Source: an uncultured Thermoplasmatales archaeon
GTDB taxonomy: Archaea; Thermoplasmatota; E2; DHVEG-1
DNA: 64,000 bases
Direction: 5' to 3'
Assembly (NCBI GenBank): GCA_964527715.1
Contig: CAZGOD010000005.1
Span: 22,793 to 86,792, forward strand
Shown: in pieces, positions 28,411-37,888 of the stretch
Layout: every line of letters starts with the position of its first letter
How positions within the stretch are numbered: the first letter of the stretch is position 1
Position numbers and translations under genes: made by a program
Notes under the pieces: model-generated
The model's input: the letters and a program-made list of their open reading frames with translations, nothing else
The model's database searches: none
What the model was told of the DNA's origin: nothing

Positions 28411-28566
28411 TTACCTGTTCTTTCTATGTGTCTGATTTTTTTTAATCCTAGCAGGCATTTTAGGTTTTCTTATATGTTTTTTTCCTTTCTTTTTTGATTC
28501 CTCGTTAGGAAGATTTATATTCATGCCTTTTTCAATATATCGTCTTTGTCTCTCTTTTTTTGTCAT
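28411..28566 (-). CDS. Unlisted 51-aa Lys/Arg-rich ORF (MTKKERQRRYIEKGMNINLPNEESKKKGKKHIRKPKMPARIKKNQTHRKNR). Possibly a small nucleic-acid-binding or ribosomal-type protein.
   Basis: Strong GGGAGGAAAAA Shine-Dalgarno directly upstream of the ATG. Lies between the tautomerase and the membrane-protein genes. Too short for the 60-aa ORF track. Confidence 0.4.
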   Translation of the reverse strand: MTKKERQRRYIEKGMNINLPNEESKKKGKKHIRKPKMPARIKKNQTHRKNR

Positions 28567-28586
28567 TTTTTCCTCCCTTAACTATA

Positions 28587-28784
28587 TTAAGATATGTCTT
28601 TAAATTTCTCTGAAGCAGGTTCTCCTTCGATTCCCCAGTGTGATTTAGGGATTTCATGGATAATTACTTCTACAGCGCGAGCAGGGATACCTAAATCAAC
28701 AAAGACCTTAGTGATTCCTTTAATTACAGTTTTGGCTTTTTCCTCTCCGAACCCTTCCCAAACGTTTACATGAACTGTCGGCAT
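28587..28784 (-). CDS. 4-oxalocrotonate tautomerase family protein.
   Basis: 65 aa. MP(T)VHVN N-terminus with the catalytic Pro1, and ...VIIHE.P..HWGI.G. Confidence 0.75.
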   Translation of the reverse strand: MPTVHVNVWEGFGEEKAKTVIKGITKVFVDLGIPARAVEVIIHEIPKSHWGIEGEPASEKFKDIS

Positions 28785-28886
28785 ATTTTTTTCTCTCCAT
28801 CCTAGATGAAACTATTTTTTTAATTTAAAACTTCGGTTTGGTGTTTTTTATGCAACAAAATGAGAAACATTAAAAGAAAGATATTT

Positions 28887-29546
28887 TTATTTCTTCTTTG
28901 CTGTCCAAGTTATACCATCTAAAAGCTCAGCATCAAAAGGCGCATTTTTACTACTAACATAATACGTAGTCATTTCTCCTGGAGAAGTTACTTCTAATCT
29001 TAGTTTAACTTCCCACTCCCAAGTCGTTTGTTTTGTTCCATTATTAATAAACCAATACCCAAAATCAGATAAAGTAATCTCATTAGATAATGTATCATAA
29101 TGCCAAAGAAATTTTATTCTTTCTTTAAATGTTAAATTCGGCCCGATAAAAAAACCATCATGCCGTCCAACTGTCCCATCATAACTGATATTTATTGTAC
29201 AACAAGTACCATTAACACATAATATCTCGTTTTGCTCGCAAGTCCACTCATTAATAATCTCATCAGGGAATCTAAATAAAATATAAGAAAAAGCTGACAT
29301 GAGAACAACTATGGCAACTACGATTACACATACAACATTGGTATTCTTACTAGAAATTTCTCTTTTAGTTTTTCTTTTTACTAAGATATATACAACATAA
29401 CCTATCAGCAAAGCAGGAACTAAATATATGAGCCATAGAAAATTTGTTAGCATCCAAAGGTTAAATGTGGCTATTGTAAGAACAACTGTAGAGATAAGCA
29501 ATGATAAAAGAGTGGTTGTTACGATTTTACCATAAAGTTTCGGCAT
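28887..29546 (-). CDS. Membrane protein with 3 N-terminal TM helices and a Cys-containing extracytoplasmic C-terminal domain.
   Basis: Hydropathy. CEQNEILCVNGTCC cluster. No family recognised. Confidence 0.45.
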   Translation of the reverse strand: MPKLYGKIVTTTLLSLLISTVVLTIATFNLWMLTNFLWLIYLVPALLIGYVVYILVKRKTKREISSKNTNVVCVIVVAIVVLMSAFSYILFRFPDEIINEWTCEQNEILCVNGTCCTINISYDGTVGRHDGFFIGPNLTFKERIKFLWHYDTLSNEITLSDFGYWFINNGTKQTTWEWEVKLRLEVTSPGEMTTYYVSSKNAPFDAELLDGITWTAKKK

Positions 29547-29707
29547 CTCAGTTGTCCTCTCTACTCAACCAAATAGAGTGTATGATTTTTTGTTTTATTA
29601 TAATAACCCCACACAACAAACAAAAACAAAATGATGGACTTAAAGTTTATATACTTACCATTTAATATATAATAGTTTATAATAAGTGAAGTAATCCAGG
29701 ACTAAAA

Positions 29708-30589
29708 ATGAAAAAGATAATAGTAATTGGAATAACATTATTATGTTTAACAACATGTTTCTTACCTATTACTAATGCAAAATCCATAGAAATTGAATCA
29801 TCCTCAAAAGACAACATCGAATCAGTCAATGTTTTATGTTATATTATCAAAGAAGATGGAAAAGAGACAATAAAAAGCTCAATCACAAGTGATGAATTAA
29901 TTCAAGTTAAAGAAACGCTAAAAAAGATACAAACAGCAATAATAACATTACGATTAAAGGAATCATCAAAAGATGAAAAAGCAAATGCAAATAATATACT
30001 AGAAAACTCATATTCAAAACTAAAAAAGTTTGGACTTTTATCAGATGATATAGACAAGGAAAAATTTGTTGATATAACAACCGGAGAAAATAATATATTT
30101 GATAACTCAAAAAATCAAAAAATAATTGATTTATGCAACAGGTTTTTAAATACAAATGATGATGAAAATAGCTCCTTTGCAATGTCAACATCATTTATGG
30201 GAAATGGATCAAATGTTAACACTTTAAACATAATTGATGTTTTTGCTCCAGTTATACCAGTTTTATCGTTTTTCTTTAGTAATTTCGCAAATGTATCAAA
30301 AGTATTATCATTTATTTTTTTATTTACATTAATTTTATTAGTTACCCCAATTCATTTTCTATCTGGAATTTTTAATGTATTTTCAACTGTTACTGGGAAT
30401 CACTCAATAACAGCATTAGGCAACAACACATATGGGATTGATGAAAATCCAGGAATTTATACAAAATCATTTTTTATAATGACTTCTGGATTATGGATTG
30501 AAATTCCAACTAATTTTTCAGACAATTATCCATTTTATAGTTCAGAATGGTTTTATGTCGGCGTAGGACTCTGGACAGGTATAAAATAA
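29708..30589 (+). CDS. Secreted or membrane-anchored Asn/Ser-rich hypothetical protein.
   Basis: Signal peptide, a low-complexity N-rich middle, and a hydrophobic C-terminal region. Confidence 0.45.
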   Translation: MKKIIVIGITLLCLTTCFLPITNAKSIEIESSSKDNIESVNVLCYIIKEDGKETIKSSITSDELIQVKETLKKIQTAIITLRLKESSKDEKANANNILENSYSKLKKFGLLSDDIDKEKFVDITTGENNIFDNSKNQKIIDLCNRFLNTNDDENSSFAMSTSFMGNGSNVNTLNIIDVFAPVIPVLSFFFSNFANVSKVLSFIFLFTLILLVTPIHFLSGIFNVFSTVTGNHSITALGNNTYGIDENPGIYTKSFFIMTSGLWIEIPTNFSDNYPFYSSEWFYVGVGLWTGIK

Positions 30590-30662
30590 TATTTCAAAAA
30601 AAGAAACCGCATCGAAGCTAACTTATTAATATTACTTTTTACTTTAAGGGTGAGGTGTTAAC

Positions 30663-31571
30663 CTGGTAGACCTCACCACAGAAATCCAGAATTTAAAGTT
30701 AAAAAACCCAACAATACTTGCATCTGGTCTTATGGATGAGGATGCCGGTAGTATGAAACGAGTTATTAATTGTGGCGCAGGAGCTGTTGTTACAAAATCT
30801 ATCGGGTTAAAACCAAGAGAGGGCTATTCTAATCCAACAGTTATAGAACTTGAACATGGTATTTTAAATGCTATAGGACTGTCTAACCCAGGTATAAAAA
30901 ATTTTGAAGATGAGATTAAAACTCTAAAAAAATCCAATATAACAGTATTCGGCAGCATCTTTGGTTCAAACACAAACGAATTTATAGAACTAGCTAAAAA
31001 AATGCAAAACTACGGCGTAGATGCCCTTGAATTAAACATGAGCTGCCCACATGCAAAAGGATACGGACTAGAAATAGGATCCGACCCAAAACTAGTAAAA
31101 GAAATAACCTCCAACGTAAAAAAATCAGTAAACATCCCAGTTTTCGTAAAAATCTCCCCGAATCTAATGAACATAGTAGAAATCGCTAAATCCGCAGAAA
31201 AAGGAAACGCAGACGGCATCGTAGCAATAAACACCGTCAAGGCTATGAAAATAGACCTCGAACTCAAAACACCAGTACTCTCAAACAAAACAGGGGGCTA
31301 CTCAGGTAAAGCAATCAAACCCATAGGTGTACGATGCGTATACGATATATCAAAAAACATAAAAATACCAGTCATAGGATGCGGCGGTATAACCACCGGA
31401 GAAGACGCAATAGAATACATCATAGCTGGTGCATCAGCAGTACAAATCGGATCAGCCATATACTACCGAGGAATCGATGTTTTCAAAAAAATCTGCGACG
31501 AAATAAAACAATGGATGAAACACCAGGGATATAATACTTTATCAAAACTAGTTGGAGCATCACATAAATGA
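30663..31571 (+). CDS. pyrD: Dihydroorotate dehydrogenase catalytic subunit (class 1B PyrD). The N-terminus extends upstream of the first ATG and no canonical start codon is available.
   Basis: LKLKNPTILASG (beta-1), the NAIGLSNPG loop, and the active-site region NMSCPH. The frame is open only back to 30654. Candidate non-canonical start CTG at 30663, after a GGTGAGGTG SD-like motif. Confidence 0.85.
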   Translation: MVDLTTEIQNLKLKNPTILASGLMDEDAGSMKRVINCGAGAVVTKSIGLKPREGYSNPTVIELEHGILNAIGLSNPGIKNFEDEIKTLKKSNITVFGSIFGSNTNEFIELAKKMQNYGVDALELNMSCPHAKGYGLEIGSDPKLVKEITSNVKKSVNIPVFVKISPNLMNIVEIAKSAEKGNADGIVAINTVKAMKIDLELKTPVLSNKTGGYSGKAIKPIGVRCVYDISKNIKIPVIGCGGITTGEDAIEYIIAGASAVQIGSAIYYRGIDVFKKICDEIKQWMKHQGYNTLSKLVGASHK

Positions 31572-32347
31572 ACTACCCAAAAGTAACAAAAATAATCAAA
31601 ACCATAGAAGAAAACCCTGATGTAAAAACACTCCTTTTCAAACACCCTGAAAAAACTAAATCAGGACAGTTTTTCATGATATGGATCCCCAACGTAGATG
31701 AAATACCCATGAGCGTCTCATACATCAACGATGACATCAAAGGAATAACCTTCAAACGAGTCGGAGACGCAACAAACAATCTCTTCAAACTAAAAAAAGG
31801 AGACAAAATAGGAATCAGAGGTCCATATGGAAAAAACTTCAAAATAACTGGTAGAAACATCCTCGTCGTAGGCGGTGGAACAGGTATAGCAATGCTAGGG
31901 CCAACAGTCGAAGAAGCAACAAAAAAAAGAATCAACTCAACAATTATACTAGGAGTAAAAAACAGAAAAGAACTATTCTTTGAAAACAGGTTCAAAAAAT
32001 ATGGTGCAAAAGTATACATATCCACTGATGATGGATCAAAAGGCTACAAAGGCATAGCTACAGACCTCGCAAAAAAACTACTAAACGAAAACAAATACTC
32101 CTCTATCCTAACATGTGGACCAGAAACAATGATGAAAAAACTACTAGACATCTCAAAAAATATACCATTCCAAGCGTCACTAGAAAGATACATGAAATGT
32201 GGCTTCGGCATCTGTGGTCAATGCTGCATCGGTGAAGGACTAAGAGTATGTGAAGACGGACCAATTTTCGATGGAAAAACATTAAAAAACATCAAAGACT
32301 TCGGCGTCTACAAAAGAGACGCCGCGGGGAGAAAAATCAAATTTTAA
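31568..32347 (+). CDS. pyrK: Dihydroorotate dehydrogenase electron-transfer subunit PyrK (FAD plus 2Fe-2S).
   Basis: FAD/NAD-binding fold with GGGTGIA. C-terminal Cys cluster CGFGICGQCC. ATGA overlap with pyrD. Confidence 0.85.
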   Translation: MNYPKVTKIIKTIEENPDVKTLLFKHPEKTKSGQFFMIWIPNVDEIPMSVSYINDDIKGITFKRVGDATNNLFKLKKGDKIGIRGPYGKNFKITGRNILVVGGGTGIAMLGPTVEEATKKRINSTIILGVKNRKELFFENRFKKYGAKVYISTDDGSKGYKGIATDLAKKLLNENKYSSILTCGPETMMKKLLDISKNIPFQASLERYMKCGFGICGQCCIGEGLRVCEDGPIFDGKTLKNIKDFGVYKRDAAGRKIKF

Positions 32348-32374
32348 AACCAAAAAACCGTGGAGAAGTAAAAT

Positions 32375-32794
32375 ATGGTTGTCCACAGCGATGAAATAAA
32401 AATAGAAACCCATGGAGAAGTAGACATAATAAACATCACCGATAACATCCAAAAAATCATAAATAAATCAAAACTTAAAAACGGTATCGCCTGTGTTTTC
32501 GTACCAGGATCAACAGGAACAATAACAACAATTGAATATGAACCAGGTCTCAAAAAAGACCTACCTAGAGCCCTTCAAACAATAGCCCCAAAAGGTGTTC
32601 ACTATGATCACCATGAAACATGGCATGATGACAATGGACACTCACATATACGCGCAAGCCTTATGGGACCAAGCTTAACAATTCCAGTTAAAGATGGACA
32701 ACTAGTACATGGAACATGGCAGCAGATAGTTTTCGTAGAATTAGATACAAGACCAAGAAACCGAAACATCATAGTTCAAATAATAGGGGAATAA
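32375..32794 (+). CDS. YjbQ/UPF0047 family protein (secondary thiamine-phosphate synthase-like).
   Basis: 139 aa. Typical UPF0047 pattern (GSTG..T.EYEPGL..DL......P....Y.H......N..SH..ASL.G.S...P...G.L.LGTWQ.I...E.D). Confidence 0.7.
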   Translation: MVVHSDEIKIETHGEVDIINITDNIQKIINKSKLKNGIACVFVPGSTGTITTIEYEPGLKKDLPRALQTIAPKGVHYDHHETWHDDNGHSHIRASLMGPSLTIPVKDGQLVHGTWQQIVFVELDTRPRNRNIIVQIIGE

Positions 32795-33630
32795 AACCCT
32801 GTAAAGTTAAAACAAATATAGCTAGGGCTGTCACCACCGTATAAAATATTCACTTTTTCTCTAATTGAAAAACCAAAGATTGTTAACTTCACTGATTTTA
32901 ACTCCATTGGTTCATCGATTTCCCCATCGATTGTTATTTTTTTCTCTTTCCAAAAAATATTCAGCTTTCTAAGAGATTTCTCTATTTTAAATATTTCATC
33001 ATCTGTTTCATTCTGAAATGTTAACTGAACACTATCTAGAATTGTAAATCTCGGTTTTTCAAAAAATATTACTAAATCCCATGAACACGGCTGAATTTTT
33101 ATAGATTCATCAAACTCATAAACTAGTTCTCCTGGGGGATTTGATTTAATTTTACCAAACGAAGCTTTGGCTTTGTCATTATTAAAAGATGATTTCTCAG
33201 TTGTTAACCTCCCAGAATCAAGATAGAACTTGTACTCCTGTGGGTAAATCATTATCTGATGCTGAGTAACAATTAATTTTTCATCATTATCTAAAACATA
33301 TAATAAAACAGGGAATACTATTGGATACTCTATGTTGAACTCGCTCTGAAACTCGTAATTATGTTCAACAATTTCTCCCTCAACTGTCTCCCCGTCACCA
33401 AAATCCCATCTATAGTTTATAATCTCTCCATCTTTGTCATATGACTTTGAAGCGTCAAATTCTATGGAATCCCCAAAATATGCTTTCTCGGGAGCAGTTA
33501 TAACTGCTATTGGCGGAGAGTTAGATAATCCCTGTTTGTTTTGCTCTGTTGGTTCCTTTTCATTTACACAACCTGTCAGTAAGGATACTAGTAGTATCAA
33601 TATCACAATCGTGGATGTTTTTTTGTTCAC
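32776..33630 (-). CDS. Lipoprotein-type secreted protein with a PKD domain.
   Basis: Lipobox-like LLTGC after the signal peptide. PKD motif YRWDFGDGE. Confidence 0.55.
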   Translation of the reverse strand: MNKKTSTIVILILLVSLLTGCVNEKEPTEQNKQGLSNSPPIAVITAPEKAYFGDSIEFDASKSYDKDGEIINYRWDFGDGETVEGEIVEHNYEFQSEFNIEYPIVFPVLLYVLDNDEKLIVTQHQIMIYPQEYKFYLDSGRLTTEKSSFNNDKAKASFGKIKSNPPGELVYEFDESIKIQPCSWDLVIFFEKPRFTILDSVQLTFQNETDDEIFKIEKSLRKLNIFWKEKKITIDGEIDEPMELKSVKLTIFGFSIREKVNILYGGDSPSYICFNFTGFYSPII

Positions 33631-33767
33631 TTTGAACCACTCATATTTATATCCAGCAAATTATTATTCTTTTATATAAATTTTCGTCAATAAACCCAAA
33701 ATATTATTATATTATTAAAAGAACTATATATTGAAACAATAAAAAAAACCTAAATTTAGGGGGAAAA

Positions 33768-36700
33768 ATGCCTACTAAGAAAACACTAGTAATCTACAGT
33801 ATAATCATATTTTCTCTTATATCCCCAGCTTTAACAATAACAGTTAGCTCAGCCTCAGGTCCCCCACCATTCTGGAACCGAAGTTGGTCTTACCGGCAAG
33901 AAATACAAATCCCAATCCCAACAGATAACTCTTTTGCAAAATTTCAACCAATAGACCTCAACATCAAATTTAAAAACCCTTCATGGGCAATAGATGAAAA
34001 CCAGCACTCAATTAGAATCTGCTGCTGGGATGGAAACCAATGGCATGAACTAGAATCACAGATCTATGACCTTAAACACACCGATTCAAACCATATAAAC
34101 AAATGCAGAATTGTTTTTCTAATACCTGAAATAGCAGATGGAAACGAACAATATTTTATATATTACGATGAAAGTAGTAAACCTTCACCTAATTATATAG
34201 ATCACATACAAATCGAAGATGCATATTATTACTATGAACCCATCTCAGATATCTCAGCTGAAGGCGATTACTACAAAATAACCCAAGATGGCGTTATTGT
34301 CTATGGCATAGGACAAAAAGGACAGATCCTAAATCGTAAGATCTCCCAGGCCGTAATTAATTTAGAACCTGGGAGTAAAGAATTTGGTATCATTAATTCT
34401 GATGTTGTAGGTTCTTTTGCTTTTTCTTATCACAAAGGAGTAGAAGAAGAGGACGAAGTCTCATCAGATCAGAAACTTGTTTCCAAAGAGATATTCATCG
34501 ATGGAAATTTAATGGGAGAAGTAGGCATCATCAGTGAATCCTCCAGTAAAAACCTACTTACCACTAACATTTACAAATATTATTATTGTCCCAATAGTAA
34601 CTTTAAACGTATTTCTATAAACGTGAAACACGAAGTCTTAGAAGAATCAATTGTAGAAGGAATAGAAAATGTCGATGGACGTTTCGGCGCATTAGCATCT
34701 CTTAAATCCAGAAGCGAAAGAATACATAGAATGCGCTTCGGTGAAATCCTCCCATACCTACATGTCTACGATGAAAACAATAACATTAGACAATATCATA
34801 TGAACCTAAACCCAGAAACCAAAGACCGAGAATGGATAGTTCCCCTTGAAGATGACTGTGACATTGGCGACGAAGCATGGTTCTCATATGATGAAGGAGA
34901 AACAGGTAAAGCCCATGCAGTTATTTTTTATTCAAATGAAAACGTTGTTAAACAAGGAACTAATGAAACAGATGGCATTCAGATCAAAGTCGCTGAGAAA
35001 GAATACCTAGATATCGTTGGAGCTGAGGTTGACTACGCCGCTATTAACTTCGGTAGAAACTCCTTTGAAAAACACGGCGCCCATGATTTAACTATTCCTA
35101 ATGACCTTATCATAGAGTTTAACGCAGAATTATTCACCACACTTGAAGGCGGATATAACGATGTCATAGAAGAAGCTAAACTTTTTAGAAAACTAGTTAA
35201 ATATCGCGAAGAAGGCAAAAGTGGTTTATTTGAAGGAGAAGAAAACACATACACTTTAACAGTAATACCAAAAATCACAGGTAGAATACTATCCCATCCA
35301 ATTCTATCTAATATCACAGGATTTAATTTACTCAACACCTGGGCAGAATTATACAAAGATGATACACTTATTTCAGTTAGATACCCAGTTAAACCATTTC
35401 TTGGAGCACCAGTTATAAAATTCCCAAAGATACCACCAGGGGAATACATTGTAAAAATCTATCATCAACTCGGGAAACGTGAAAAATGGTATATCGGTGT
35501 TGAACCTGTTAAAATTGAAGAGGATACCAAACTACCAATATTTTGTACCTGGCAAAAAAACATAAAAATATCCTCCCTCGATCAATATAACAATGGCATA
35601 CACGGCATAGAATTAACCATATTAAAAAATGATACCATCATCGTTAAAAACGAAACACTAGAAAACGGACTAATAGAATTTAAAATCCCGTTTAGCCTAC
35701 GTGAAAACTATGTTTTAAAAGCTTTCTACAAAGGTTTCATCATCTATGAAAAAGAAATAAAACCAATGAAAAAAAAGATCGATATCACCCTACATTTATA
35801 TGATTTAACTATAGACGTAAAAGATAAACTCGGCCTACCACCAGGCGTTGATGTCCGTCCATTTTTAATAAGCTCAGAAATGTACAACCCATATGAGATA
35901 ACACCTGAAAACATCGGATCTGGTAAATACATTTTTAGAAACATACCCCCTGCGATCTATGATCTTCAAATATCATTTGGTAGATTCTCTGATAAAAAAA
36001 CCATTACACTACCCAGCGATAGCGATGTTATAAATATCAAATTCACCGCATCATTTAACCTAGACATAGAATTATTTGACGTACATGGAAACCCAATTCA
36101 AAACAACAATCAAAAAATAGACATAATAAGAAACGGACAAATAATACATGAATCAATAGAACCACATGAAAAAATAAACCTACCACCAGCGAAATACACA
36201 ATTAATGTTCACTCTGATGATGAATTAACTGCTACAAAAAACATACAATTAACCAACGATAAAAACCTAAAAATTGTTACAACACAAAAATCAATAATAC
36301 CCCTCCTAGTCATAGGATTAATTATAGTTTTCATAGGAGAAATAATTGTATTACTCATTTTCAAAAGAATTTCTTTAAACACCTTTTTGAAACTATTAGC
36401 CATGGCCCTCATACTAGCATCATTATTCCAACCATGGTGGACATTAAACGCTTCAAGCAATGACTCCCTAGCTACTAAAAACACTGAGACTTTTATACTA
36501 CCACAGGTAACAATAGAAACAATTAATTACAATGGTAAAACAAATCTAGATCTTGCAACAATACCAGAAATATTCACTGATTTCTTAGGAGCTCTATTAT
36601 TTATCGTAGTATCAGGTTTTGTTTTGATGGGTATAAGCTTTTTACCAAACATCTTTTTAAAACGACGGTATGCAAAAATATTAATTTCCGCTAGCATCAT

Positions 36701-36968
36701 ATTTTTAGTATTAGTAGCAGTAGCTTTTTCATTTGGTATGTCAAAAATATGTGAAATCGGTCTAGGCAGCCTGCAAGGAGAAGGACCTCTTGAAGTAACT
36801 CTACCAAACAGTGAAACAGCTTTTATGTCTGCTAACTGGGGTTTAGGCCCTGGTTTTTACCTATGTATCTTAGCAACGGCTATTACAATAATCGCAGGTT
36901 TAATTGATTCAATTAAAAAAGAAAACTGGCCAAAAGCACTTCGAAATAACAAAATTTTAAAATTCTAA
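33768..36968 (+). CDS. Large (1066 aa) surface protein with an N-terminal signal peptide and a C-terminal cluster of about 4-5 TM helices. Hypothetical.
   Basis: Hydropathy only. Mostly beta-rich extracytoplasmic sequence with no recognised catalytic motifs. Confidence 0.5.
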   Translation: MPTKKTLVIYSIIIFSLISPALTITVSSASGPPPFWNRSWSYRQEIQIPIPTDNSFAKFQPIDLNIKFKNPSWAIDENQHSIRICCWDGNQWHELESQIYDLKHTDSNHINKCRIVFLIPEIADGNEQYFIYYDESSKPSPNYIDHIQIEDAYYYYEPISDISAEGDYYKITQDGVIVYGIGQKGQILNRKISQAVINLEPGSKEFGIINSDVVGSFAFSYHKGVEEEDEVSSDQKLVSKEIFIDGNLMGEVGIISESSSKNLLTTNIYKYYYCPNSNFKRISINVKHEVLEESIVEGIENVDGRFGALASLKSRSERIHRMRFGEILPYLHVYDENNNIRQYHMNLNPETKDREWIVPLEDDCDIGDEAWFSYDEGETGKAHAVIFYSNENVVKQGTNETDGIQIKVAEKEYLDIVGAEVDYAAINFGRNSFEKHGAHDLTIPNDLIIEFNAELFTTLEGGYNDVIEEAKLFRKLVKYREEGKSGLFEGEENTYTLTVIPKITGRILSHPILSNITGFNLLNTWAELYKDDTLISVRYPVKPFLGAPVIKFPKIPPGEYIVKIYHQLGKREKWYIGVEPVKIEEDTKLPIFCTWQKNIKISSLDQYNNGIHGIELTILKNDTIIVKNETLENGLIEFKIPFSLRENYVLKAFYKGFIIYEKEIKPMKKKIDITLHLYDLTIDVKDKLGLPPGVDVRPFLISSEMYNPYEITPENIGSGKYIFRNIPPAIYDLQISFGRFSDKKTITLPSDSDVINIKFTASFNLDIELFDVHGNPIQNNNQKIDIIRNGQIIHESIEPHEKINLPPAKYTINVHSDDELTATKNIQLTNDKNLKIVTTQKSIIPLLVIGLIIVFIGEIIVLLIFKRISLNTFLKLLAMALILASLFQPWWTLNASSNDSLATKNTETFILPQVTIETINYNGKTNLDLATIPEIFTDFLGALLFIVVSGFVLMGISFLPNIFLKRRYAKILISASIIFLVLVAVAFSFGMSKICEIGLGSLQGEGPLEVTLPNSETAFMSANWGLGPGFYLCILATAITIIAGLIDSIKKENWPKALRNNKILKF

Positions 36969-37474
36969 TTCTCCGCTAATTTCTTTAACCGTTCCGTTCC
37001 ATCTATATCTTTTATAATATTATAGACGGTTTTTGGTACAAGGTTTTCCCATTGTTCCCCATTGATTATTCTACTACGTATCTCCTTACCGGAGTATATA
37101 TCTCTCTTATAAAACGGTGTTTCTTTAACAACGTATCCTTTTTCTTCAAATAAATTCTTAGTAATAGGACTATTTGAGATTACTAAATCAAAATCTGAAA
37201 CAATTGATACAACATGGTCCACCCATTTAGGAGGATTATGGATATCTGGAATTAAAACAATCCTATAGTTTTTAACATTTATTTTTTCAAGGGATTTTCC
37301 TATCATTTTTTTCCTCTCGTCCAGTGTAAAAGGATTCTCCAATGCGTTTCCATATTGGGATGATCCTATCCCAATGATTATTTCATCGTATTGCTTTGAA
37401 GCGTTTTGTATAACCCGCATATGTCCCTTATGAAATGGTTGAAAACGTCCTATGAATAAAGCATTCATAATCAT
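36965..37474 (-). CDS. nadM: Nicotinamide-nucleotide adenylyltransferase (archaeal NadM type).
   Basis: GRFQPFHKGH (H/T-x-G-H nucleotidyltransferase motif), 169 aa, and the ISNS..T motif. Confidence 0.85.
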   Translation of the reverse strand: MIMNALFIGRFQPFHKGHMRVIQNASKQYDEIIIGIGSSQYGNALENPFTLDERKKMIGKSLEKINVKNYRIVLIPDIHNPPKWVDHVVSIVSDFDLVISNSPITKNLFEEKGYVVKETPFYKRDIYSGKEIRSRIINGEQWENLVPKTVYNIIKDIDGTERLKKLAEN

Positions 37475-37672
37475 TCCAGAAAGATGAATGTTAGATACAA
37501 ATATAAACTATACTTTTAGGTCATTTCGGATAAAATTTTATTATAATAACATTTTCCCTAGTTTTTTTACGTATAATAACTCGTTGTTCCCCCTATAAGG
37601 GTTTTTTTTATCTATTTTGTTACTATAAAAACACAAACTATATATATAAAATCACACAAAATAGTTATTGTT

Positions 37673-37790
37673 AGGGGGTCTAGCTCGAAAGGTGATATAA
37701 ATGAAACATCTAATACAAAGATGGCCGTCATTTAATATGAGCAAGACCCCATTACTAAGTGTTGCTTATATTATTTAAATATTTTCTAAA
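37673..37790 (+). ncRNA. Candidate small structured RNA. A roughly 13-bp closing stem (GGGGGUCUAGCUC / GAGCAAGACCCC) encloses about 52 nt that contain two small hairpins. A TATA-like box lies about 24 nt upstream and a U-rich tail follows.
   Basis: Seen in sequence. No protein gene on this strand within about 2.3 kb. TATATATAAA at 37641..37650. Not a tRNA: the cloverleaf fails. No C/D or H/ACA boxes. Confidence 0.3.
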
Positions 37791-37888
37791 AACAAGCCAT
37801 TTTTTAAAGATATTTTCATAAAAATCCTTGATTATATATATTATAATCCATTTTTAAAAAACTTTTACAAAACAATATTTTTTATAGA

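Noticed and set aside
33768-36968. Considered whether the 1066-aa signal-peptide protein plus the adjacent PKD lipoprotein form a novel system (for example an adhesin or transport complex).
   Set aside because: There are no recognisable enzymatic or transport motifs and no conserved partner genes. It is probably an S-layer or surface structural protein and is reported only as a feature.
37673-37752. Possible tRNA, suggested by the GGGGGUC...GACCCC terminal stem and a TAGCTC segment.
   Set aside because: D-stem pairing, the T-loop (GTTCRANYC) and anticodon-arm geometry cannot be drawn, and the length (about 80 nt) and loop content do not fit. Kept instead as a generic structured-RNA candidate. 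No convincing tRNA or rRNA genes were seen elsewhere in the window.
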